Origin: Callorhinchus milii
Taxonomy: Eukaryota
DNA: 64,000 nucleotides
Reading direction: 5' to 3'
NCBI RefSeq assembly: GCF_018977255.1
Contig: NW_024704743.1
Coordinates: forward strand, 12,464,001-12,528,000
A program made the translations under genes and the position numbers. The notes beneath the pieces are model-generated. The model was not told the DNA's origin. It made no database searches and was given only the letters and a program-made list of their open reading frames with translations. Of the stretch, positions 27,124-37,047 are shown in pieces (positions within the stretch are counted from its first letter, which is position 1; every line of letters begins with the position of its first letter).

Positions 27124-30100
27124 CCATAGCATACCATAGCGCGTGCGCACTATGGCTGCCGCTTTGACCCGAGACCCTCCCTCCTGCCCCCCTCCTCTCT
27201 CCCCCCAAACCCTCCCCCCTCTGCATCTCTCCCGCTCTCTCCTCCTCTCTCTCCGTCCCTCTCGTCTTCTATCCCCACTTGACCCTCCCACAACCTCCCT
27301 CTGCTCCAGCCTGGGAATCCTCCGCCGGGCTCACCGTGGCACTCGGCGTTGGCTGTCCAGCAGCAGCCACACCGACTGCCCCATTCCCCACCACACTCGC
27401 CACCCACCCCGGACACAGACCCGGGGAGTCAACCTCTCCTCCCTCATCCCCATTCCCCCCACCCCTGCCTCACAACCTGGACCCCCTCCCCTCCCACACA
27501 CCCTTCTGTCAACCGCTCCCTCCACATCGGACTGCAAAATGTCCGCTCCCTCTGCAACAAGGCCCTGGTCATCAACGATCTCATCCTTGATGAGAACGTT
27601 GATATCATGGCCTTAACAGAAACCTGGCTCACCCCAGGCGACACCTTCCCCCTCACGGAGGCCACGCCACCCGGCTACACCTCCCACCACATCCCCCGCC
27701 CCAACCGCCGTGGCGGTGGTGTTGCCCTTATCTCAAGGACACCACTTGCCCTATCCCCCTACTCCTCTGGCTCTTTCCCCTCCTTTGAGCACCTCACCCT
27801 CTCCCACCCCTCATTCCTCTCCCTTAAAATCCTCCTCCTCTACCGGCCCCCTAAAACCTCTCCCACCTTCATCTCTGACATTTCAACACTCCTCACATCT
27901 CTTTGCCTCTGCTCTGATCGCCTCATCATCCTGGGCGACTTTAACCTACACTTCACCCCCTCCTGCTCCATCTCCACAGACTTCTCTTCCCTGCTCTCCT
28001 CACTCAACCTCTCCTTACACATAAACTCCCCCACTCACAGTCACGGCCACCCACTCGATTTGGTGATCACCCGGGGCCTCAGTGTCTCGGATGTCACTAT
28101 TACCGACAAGGCCATCTCTGACCACTACTTCATCTCCTTCACCACCTCCACCCCCCTCCCCACCTCCACCAGACCCACCACCATCTTCTACCGCCCTTGG
28201 AAGAAGTTACCCCCACAATCCCTAACCGATGCCTTGGAGTCCTCTGAACTCCTCTCCCTCTGGCCTTCAACCCTCACCGACCCCTCTTCTCCTCTCTCCC
28301 TCCTCCACAATACCCTCTCCTCCACACTCGATACTCTTGCCCCCATCACTTCCCGCACTGTCTCCTACTCCCGCTCCTCCCCCTGGTACACCACCCACCT
28401 CCGCTCACTGAAAAGCCAGGTGCGGGCTGCTGAACGCACCTGTGTCAAATCTGGCCTAACGGTCCACCGACAAATCTGGCTGGACCTCCTCAAAATTTAC
28501 CGCTCCACTCTAGCCTCGGCCAAGTCGTCCTTCTACTCCAGGATAATCCTGGAGGCGAAGAACAACCCCAGGCTACTGTTTTCCACCACAACCCGACTCC
28601 TCCGTCCCCCCCGCCACCCCGCGCAGGTCATCTCCTCCAACCTTCACTGCGAGGAGATGCTGGATTTCCTTGAATCCAAGATCAAGGGAATCCGCTCCGC
28701 GGTCACTTCCCCTCCAACTTCCACCAACCCCCCACCCCCTCCCTCCCACACTCCGACTCCTACCCATCCTCCCCTACACACCTTCGTACCCGTTTCCCCA
28801 CCCTCTGTCACTGAACTCATCCTATCCCTAAAACCAACCACCTGCTCCCTTGACCCCATCCCCACTCCACTCCTTATCTCCCAGCTCCACTTTCTTGCCC
28901 CACATATCACTGACATCATCAACCTGTCCCTCTCCTCTGGCTCTGTCCCCATTCCATTAAAAACTGCCATCATCACGCCCACCCTGAAAAAACCCTCCCT
29001 TGATGCGTCGCAGCTATCAAGCTACCGGCCCATCTCCAACCTCCCCTTTCTCTCCAAGGTCTTGGAAAGAGTTGTCGCCTCCCAACTGCGCTCTTTCCTT
29101 TCCACCCATTCTCTTTTCGAACCCCTTCAGTCAGGTTTCCGTGCTGCCCATAGCACAGAAACTGCCCTGGTCAAGGTCACCAATGATATCCTGACCATCT
29201 GTGACCAGGGCTCCCTCTGTCTCCTCGTCCTCCTCGACCTATCGGCAGCATTCGATACGGTCGACCACGCTATCCTACTCCACCGCTTGTCCTCCCACCT
29301 CAACCTTCAAGGCACTGTCCTTGAATGGTTTAGGTCGTACCTTTCTCACCGTCTTCACTTTGTCTCAACGAATGGCTTCTCCTCCACCCCCCGTACTGTC
29401 TCATGTGGTGTCCCTCAGGGCTCTGTCCTCGGTCCCCTCCTCTTCACCCTCTATATGCTCCCCCTTGGTGACATCATCCGCAGACATGGGTTAACTTCCA
29501 CATGTATGCGGATGACACCCAACTCTACCTTTCCTCCTCTACTCTCAACTCCACGACCACCGATGTCCTGACAGCCTGCCTGTCCGACATCGAGTCCTGG
29601 ACGAGAGACAACTTTCTTCAGCTCAACGTGCGAAAAACCGAGGCCCTCCTGATTGGCTCACGTCAGCGCCTCCGCACCTCAGGCGCTGACACCATCAGCA
29701 TCCAAGGCTGCACTCTCCACCTCTCAAAGCCAGTCAGGAACCTCGGCGTTTTGTTCGACCCTGAGCTGTCCTTTCTCCCTCACATCCGCACCACAACTGG
29801 CACCGCCTTCCATCACCTCCGGAACATCGCCAGACTACGGCATTACCTCACCCCTCACGCTGCTGAAACCCTGGTTCACGCCTTTGTCACCTCAAGGCTG
29901 GACTATGGGAACTCTCTCCTCGCCGGCCTTCCCGCCACCTCCCTCCACAAGCTGCAGGTCATTCAGAACTCTGCAGCTCGTGTACTGTCCCGCACCAGGC
30001 TTCGGGACCACATCACTCCCACCCTCGCTCGCCTCCACTGGCTCCCCATCCCCCAGAGGATTGATTTCAAGATCCTCATCCTCACCTACAAGGCCATTCA

Positions 30101-30530
30101 CGGCCTTGCTCCCTCCTACCTCTCCAACCTACTATCCCCCTACCTACCTGCCCGTACCCTCCGTTCCTCCGGCTCCGGTCTGCTCCACGTCCCCCGCCCC
30201 AACCGCCCTACCATCGGTGGCCGGGCCTTCAGCCCCGAGGCTCTGGAACTCCATTCCCCAGTGCCTTCGCCGCCTCCTCCCTTTCCTCCTTCAAGGCCGG
30301 TCTCAAAACCTTTCTCTTTGACCGAGCCTTCAGCTCCCCTCTCGACTCTCTTCCCCCTTCTCGCTCCCTCCCATCCCTCCCCTCACCCTGACCATTTCCC
30401 CCCTCCTCGCTCCCTCCCCTCACCCTGACCATTTCCCCCCTGCTCGGGTCATGACCCAACTGTGCAGCGCCTTGGGACGTCCTCCTGACGTGAAAGGCGC
30501 TTTATAAATGGAATCTTGTTGTTGTTGTTG
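27124..30530 (+). mobile_element. Young near-full-length L2-clade LINE (APE endonuclease plus reverse transcriptase), frameshifted
   Basis: ORF 27349..29571 has EN motifs (NVRSL, LTETW, LYRPP, GDFN, SDH) and RT motifs ([42 protein letters not shown]). YADD (29505-29516) is in the next frame after a 1-bp loss near 29490. The C-terminus has LHWLP..RIDFKI, then a 3' stem-loop and (TTG)n tail. GTATA flanks both ends. Confidence 0.95.
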
Positions 30531-30775
30531 TATATGAGGAGATTTCAAAACGAGTGAGAGGATCTTGAAATCGATCCGTTCAGTAATTGGGAACCAGTGC
30601 AGCCTGGCAAGGACTGGTGTGATGGGGGGATGGAGTTTTGTGCAGGTGAGAATCCGGGCGGTGGGGTTCTGGATTGTATTTTGCTTATGGTGGATCTGGG
30701 GAAGTCCAGCAAGGAGGGCATTGGAATAGTCCAGACGGGAAATGACGAAGCCATGGACGAGGGAATACATATTGC
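30530..30775 (-). mobile_element. 5' part of the same older L2 fragment
   Basis: ORF 30420..30779(-): FVISRLDYSNALLAGLP...RLHWFPITERIDFKIL. Confidence 0.85.
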
Positions 30776-30844
30776 ACATAAGTATTCTAATTTAACAATT
30801 TTTTTCAGAAACAATTTGAATAAGTTATATGTTATAATTTACAG

Positions 30845-30876
30845 GTTCTATAAGAAAGGACAGCATTGCAGAATGA
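30845..30876 (+). CDS. PRKAG2: Probable AMPK gamma-2 terminal coding exon (GSIRKDSIAE*)
   Basis: tttacag acceptor; a phase-1 join gives a 10-aa tail, the same length as human GAKQKETETE. It is followed by ~1.6 kb of apparently TE-free AT-rich sequence. Confidence 0.75.
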
Positions 30877-32482
30877 CAGACTACAATGGCCATTGAAGGT
30901 GCCTGAAAAGAACTGCTTCAAGTTTCTTTTCTATTTGGGGCCAGATGAGTGCTGACGACAACAGAGAAGGCACAAGATCATGCTGCCGAGAAAGAGAAAA
31001 AGTTGTAACCAAACACTGTAGCTGGATCTAGAATGTATTTAAGTGACAACATCTGAATTCAAATCGTTGTGGTGTGTTCATATTCACTAAACACCTGCAT
31101 TGGAAACGATTGTAATGATACAATTGTAAGAGATTTTGCAAGACTTTATTTTGCAAAAATGATTAGTAACAAGAAGTAAAGATATTTTAACTATGCTTTA
31201 AAGCCAGAATTGATTGAAATGGCTGTTTATTTGGACAGTTTGTAAGAAAATGTCATGACTCGGGTGGGTACCTACCAGCTAGCCCCACTTTATGAATATT
31301 TGGGACATAGTCATGAAAAATCAAACTGCAAATTGAGTTTGGACCTGCTATTGACAGTTACATGTCCATATATACATCATAAACCTCCAGTTTAACAGGA
31401 GCATGCAATGAGAATACTGTTGCTGTATGTAGTGTAAATAGGAAGTTATTGCGAGAAAAAGTGCCAGAGAAAGGTATATTTTTCTGTGTATGAAAATGTA
31501 AAATTATGTTTGTACGATTGCAGATTTAATTTTTGTAAATTATATTGTGGCATATATTGTTTTCATATGGTTGGAAAGATGGGTGGGGATGTTTTGTCTA
31601 TAGATGCACAAAGGCATGAAATGACACTATAATAGAGATTTTTGTGTGGGTGTGGCGGGGGGGGAAATCGATAAAGAAATGATATTTGTTGCCATTGTGC
31701 AAATTTGTTGGGAACGAAAAGAAATACTTGGAGCAAAACCTTGTCAAAGTAATAATGCACTTTAAACAGAGGCTCATTGATGGTGTAGTGAATTGACAGG
31801 AACTGAAAATGAAACTTGCTTGGTAGCACATTTAAGTATCTCGTAAGTAAACTATACACAGATTGGAGTTTTGGTGTGCAATTGAGTTAAGCAAACAAAA
31901 CAATAATTAACGTTTCAGTGAGACAAACTTCCTGAGAACTTTTTAATCAATTAGATTCCATAGCTGTTGAAAGTAATATTTGAAGATTTGAATCTTGTAT
32001 TTTCTTTCTTCTCCTCTCCCACCCAAAACATTTTGTAAAAAAAAAATAACTTTTAGATCACTGGTGATGATTCAGTAATGTCAATGAATTCTGTACTTCC
32101 ATACTCATAAGGATTGTGTAATATAAAATAGCAGTGTGTAGGACAAGAATGGGCATCATTTAAATCCTTGAAACCTGAGGTGCATAAATGTGTCCTACAT
32201 AACCAACTTTCATCTACATACGTTTGGCAAGGCCCTCTGGAAGTTTGCTCATCCCAGAACTAATTGAAGTTTCTCTAGCCCATTTTATCAGGGCTGATCA
32301 AGTTTGCATCACTGTGTTGCAATTTTAAGTGCCATTAAACTGTTTTAATCTAAAAGTGATGTGAACTGGATTCTAAATGTAGCATATTAAAACACATATT
32401 GTATCCTTTAAATGCTGTCCTTGGTTACTTCAGTACATTATCATATGTATAGGGTACATATTTATCATTAATTTTGAATAAA
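30877..32482 (+). other. PRKAG2: Probable PRKAG2 3' UTR with AATAAA at 32477-32482
   Basis: AT-rich stretch with no recognisable TE after the stop codon; AATAAA lies just before the TE-rich intergenic region, with ATTAAA variants near 32334 and 32386. Confidence 0.6.
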
Positions 32483-32779
32483 CAAATCAGGTTTGACAAG
32501 TGCAGCTAAATGGGATCACTAAATGGGACCAATTTGCATTTCCACAAAGCAATGCCCCACAAAGGGCCACCAGAAGCATAAATTTGCAGCACAGAAGGCC
32601 ATTCAGCCCACCAAATCTAGGTTGGCTCTTTTGAAAATGATTCTTTCAGTCCCATTTACCTGCCCTTTCTCTCCCCCCCCCCCCCCCCCCCCCCATCCAT
32701 ATCTCGTAAATTTACTTCCTTTTTAATAATAACAATAATCCTTGCACTTGATATAGTGATCATTGATAAGGCGCTATAT

Positions 32780-33295
32780 CCCAACTCTTCCCTCCATAAG
32801 CTGCAGATCATCCAGTACTCTGTAGGCCGTGTCCTCTCCTGCACCAAGCTCAGTGACCGTATCACCCCCATCCTCGCCCATCACATAGGATACAGTTCAA
32901 GATCCTGGGCCTCACCTTCAAAGCCCTCCATGGCCTTGCTTCCCCCACCCCGCCTCTGTGACCTCATAACCCACTACCAACCTGCCTGCTCCCTCCGCTC
33001 AGCGGGCTCCGGCCTGATTCACGTCCCCCGCCTCGCCCACCCCACCATTGGTGGGCGGGACTTCAGCTACTCTGCCCCCACCCTCTGGAACTCTATCCCG
33101 CATTCCTCCGCCTCGTCCCTTCCCTTCTTCAAGACCCGTCCCGAGACCCTCCTCTTCGACCGTGAAGGATCACCCTCCTTCCCCCACCGCCTGCCCTCCA
33201 CCCACCCCGATCCTGACCCCCAGCTCGGGTCCAAAACACTGATTGTCCAGCACCTTCGGAAGTCCTCCCAACATCAAAGGCACTCTACAATGTAC
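32780..33295 (+). mobile_element. L2 3' fragment (intergenic)
   Basis: SSLHKLQIIQ...PTIGGRDFSYSAPTLWNSIP in ORF 32756..33499. Confidence 0.85.
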
Positions 33296-33309
33296 TTTTT
33301 TTGTTGCGA

Positions 33310-33600
33310 TGTCGTAAAAGCGCTTCAGAGAATATATTGTAAAGTGTATTTTGTGGGCGAAATATGGCAGCCAATAGCAGTTTCCCACAGAAAGTCGTGG
33401 ATTGCATGTCTGCATTTTGCAGGGGGGTGGTGGAATATTACCCCTGGAAAACGATCTGCCAACCAACTAACAACGGAGTTTCTACTTACTGCCAGGTAAA
33501 CAAAGGCAGGTGGAGCAGAGAAACTTACCCAACATTTCTCCCTGCTGGGAATCAAACCCAGGTCCTCTCACTTGAAAGGCGAGGAACCAATATACTACAA
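33310..33600 (-). mobile_element. SINE family A copy
   Basis: tRNA-like head and central block present. Confidence 0.75.
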
Positions 33601-34269
33601 GAGTTATAAGCGTTCCTTTTTGAAGGCTATTATGGATTCTGCCTCTACCACCTCTGAGACAACTCACTTCCATATCCTAAAATCTGTGCATGCGTGAAAA
33701 AAAATTCTAACCTCTTCCTCATTTGCCAGTTTGCTAACTATTTTCACATCCAATTTGGGTGCGATTTTGTTGAACAAGTAAACCTCACATAAATTGTATC
33801 AGTTGGGACCATACATTTAATACAACTTAGGGGAAGTATGAGTTATGGAAACTTATAAATAATAATATTCCCTGCATTTGAAAAAGCACTTTATCACATC
33901 TTTGAGATATCTCAAAACGCTTCACAAAATATACTGTAAAGTGAATTGACCCAATATTTTGTGTGCGAGATAATTCAACAGGATTTGGGCAGATGTACGA
34001 TTTAGGCGACTTATACGATTTATACATACATACAGGCTTATTCGAGATTTACTGTACTGTAAGGTGTCCAATTTTAAACTTAAACCTGCAAAACGTCTCC
34101 CCCAACCCCGAAGACTTTTTCTTACACCGCTTCAAAAAAGCATTAACCTAAATGTCCTCTCCGCTACCCATATAGGAGGCAACGAATACTATGTGAATAT
34201 TTGGGTTACTTTGGGGCTTGTGTTTCATTTGACTTTGGGCTACAAACCAGCAGTATTTTATTCTCTGGC

Positions 34270-34940
34270 CAGACCCTGACTCACCGGCTGCTGCTCAAAA
34301 TGGCGGCTGCGTTGTCCCTTTCAAATAATTTTTCCACTGTGCGTGGCGCTGCTGTTATTACTTTTCCAATAAACGAGCCATCGACCGTAGAATGGCGTTC
34401 GCGTCTTTTACCCGCGGGGCCGCAACCGTCTTCCCTTTTTTAACGATATAAACTTTTAAGAAGAAGACGGCGGTTTGGCGGCGACTACATCTCCCGAACG
34501 CCTCAGCGCGAGCTCGCTTGACAGTTGGTAGGCGGGACCGGCGTGGGAAGGTGATTAACGTTGGTGTACTCCAATCGCGGACGGCCGCGACTGATGGACG
34601 GCATGATGGCGGCAGCGTGGGGCGGGGAGGGAGGAGGGGCGGGACAGCTGTGATACAGCCGGTTTGATTGGGCGGGCGGCTGAACGTATGGACAATGTGG
34701 ATGTGGGGGCAGAGAGGGGGGGGGGGCGCGCGTACGTTAAGTGGATTGATGATAGTTTCTACGTTGATCATCTCCGTCGATCGCTGCGATTGGTCGGCGA
34801 GATGATCGACATTTAAGCCGTCGTATGGGCGGCGCAGAGTTTGTGGTGGAGGGCGGGTTCTGGGTTGGGAGGAAGAGAAACGAGGCCGGTGGAGGAGACG
34901 CACTGACACACACGCTCGCACTTCCCGGAGGATTGGTAGA
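34270..34940. promoter_or_regulatory. CpG-island promoter of RHEB
   Basis: The main CpG-dense non-TE segment in the window. It has a YY1-type CAAAATGGCGGC (34296-34307), CCAAT/ATTGG boxes (~34572, 34667, 34789, 34932) and GGGCGG GC boxes, and lies directly upstream of RHEB exon 1. Confidence 0.85.
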
Positions 34941-35364
34941 GAAGAGAGGCCGAATACACAACAACAAACAACAATAACAACACAAATTAGAGGGAAAAGT
35001 CATAGAGAAAAGGGTTCCTGAACCCTGTAAAACTGTATATATATATAATAATTATCATCATCTCCACATCGATGTAGTTTGCTTTTTGTGGTGGTATTAA
35101 GGCCAGGCCTTTCCTTCTTCCCTCTTTTTCTTTAATCCTCTATTTTTCTTGTTCGGATTTTATTTTTACTTTTTTTAAAATATATATACATAGTACATAA
35201 TATATATATATATATATGACGTTTGAGAAGAGATTATTTTAATTTTTAGTGCGCGTGAGAGTGACCCCCCCCCCCCCCCGCCTCTCTGCTCCTATTCGTC
35301 TTTCTCTTCTGTCTCTTTTCTTTCCCCGCCTCCTCCTCAAAAAACACAGCCCCATCGCTTAACG

Positions 35365-35416
35365 ATGCCGCAGCCGAAGTCCCGCAAGGTTGCGATACTG
35401 GGATACCGATCAGTGG
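35365..35416 (+). CDS. RHEB: Rheb small GTPase, first coding exon (MPQPKSRKVAILGYRSVG)
   Basis: ATG at 35365, 52 bp to a gtgagt donor. Contains the Rheb-specific P-loop start GYRSVG (human MPQSKSRKIAILGYRSVG). Confidence 0.97.
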
Positions 35417-36644
35417 GTGAGTATTGTATTGAACTGAAACCGCCACAGAGTAAAATCCACCCACGTTCAAAAAAAAANGGAGCAAAGGGCGACTCGAACC
35501 CCCTTTAGAATGCGTGGGTGGACCTCGGCCTCTGGGCTTGTAACATGGAGGGTGGGTGGGTGGGTACAGAGGAAATAGCTATGATGTTAATCCACAAAAT
35601 AAAATATCTCTGATTAACTTGCCTCATGTAATAACTGACCTGCCCCCCCCCTCCATTTCTCTCCCTCGCCCTATCCCCCCCACTTTGACTAACCGTTTAT
35701 TTGTGTTTTTATTTGAAAAAGGAAAAAGCATATGGTACTCCTATGAACTTCTGATTCTTAGGCGTGTGTGTTTGTGCAAGAGGCAGGATTGCGTTTTATT
35801 TCCTTTTAATTGAGGTTATGCAGGCGTGGAACTTAAGAAAAAAATCAAAATGAATTTTAAGGGTACTTTCCATCAGCACATGGAAGGTGGAGGGATAGAG
35901 ACTCACCCTCACAATCTGTTCCCTCCATTTTGGCTCGTACATTCACTGTAAAGCAAGTGTGTGTGTTTAACTTTAGGCGGCTTATTGGGGCGCTTTTAAA
36001 TTACAGTTTGGGCGTGACATGATTTCTGTCCTTTTTATTTCTATGAATATTTGTAAGAAATTGTTTGAAGTAAGCCAATTACTGGTCCATGGCCTGGTGA
36101 CGTGGCTAATTTCCCCCCATAGTTTTGGGGTAACTTTGTTTTAAATATACTGTGGGTGTCAGTCGTGGTTTACTTAATTCAGTAATAAACAAATTATCTG
36201 CTGTACTCTCCTAGTCGGTTTTAGGACAAGGAGTTGATGAAATCTATGCTGCCTGGCAAGATAGCACCCGTTGTAATTTTTTCTCTTCAAATCACAATTT
36301 CAGATGGATTGTGATGTTGCCGACCCTTCTTTGAACAAGTGTCAGTTGTGACACAAAGATTGTTAAATAAAAATGATCTGAAATCAAATACTCAAATCAG
36401 CGCTTTGAGACATTTCACCATTCTTTGCGCTGTTATCAAATGCAATGATTATTATTGTTCAAAACTCTTAATTGTTGCAATCAACATAGAAGAATTTCAA
36501 ACAGATAGGTTTTGATGTTATGTTCAGACCAATATGTACAGGATTCTCAAAAAATATAAATGTTTTAAAATAAAGTGTGATTTTTGAGCAATTTTAGCTT
36601 TGGTAATTTGGCACAGTTGGTAATCTTTATGGTTGATGCTATTT

Positions 36645-36830
36645 CACACGGGGAGCGGCGGCAGGACAGCTTGGGGAGGAGCCTGGGGGTAGGTACCTAC
36701 ACAGGTATTTAAGGTCGCGGGGGCAGGGAGTGCAGCCACACGGGGGGTGGCGGAGGGAGTGCAGCCGCACGGGGAGCGGCGGCAGGGAATGCAGTTGCAC
36801 GGGGAGCGGCGGCAGGGAGTGCAGCTCTGG
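36645..36830. repeat. GC-rich ~30-bp tandem repeat (gcacggggagcggcggcagggagtgcagcc)
   Basis: Direct inspection; four to five imperfect units. Confidence 0.85.
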
Positions 36831-37047
36831 GGCTGTGGGGCTGAGGAGGGAACGGGTGGGGGCGGAGCGGGGGAACCACTGACATCATAGTTTAGTTTTC
36901 AGGAGTGTTCTCGCGCAAATAATAACTCTGCGCCCCCTCCCCAGGGTTCACATCAGAGCCCACCATGGTCCTGTTGGGTTGGCTGCCCCAGCCCCAGCCT
37001 ATGGGATAATGCCATCCACCTGACCGCTCGCTCCCGGTCCCCGCGGT

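Noticed and set aside
27349..30428. Long RT ORFs as a host gene or a novel RT system
   Set aside because: The motifs, tail and multiple copies identify an ordinary L2-clade LINE.
30809..30819. Alternative acceptor (tttttttcag) giving the PRKAG2 tail ETI*
   Set aside because: It is a plausible splice signal, but the 30845 exon matches the gamma-2 tail length better. It cannot be excluded without RNA data.
34358..34921. 187-aa minus-strand ORF in the CpG island
   Set aside because: A Pro/Arg-rich by-product of high GC content with no recognisable domain.
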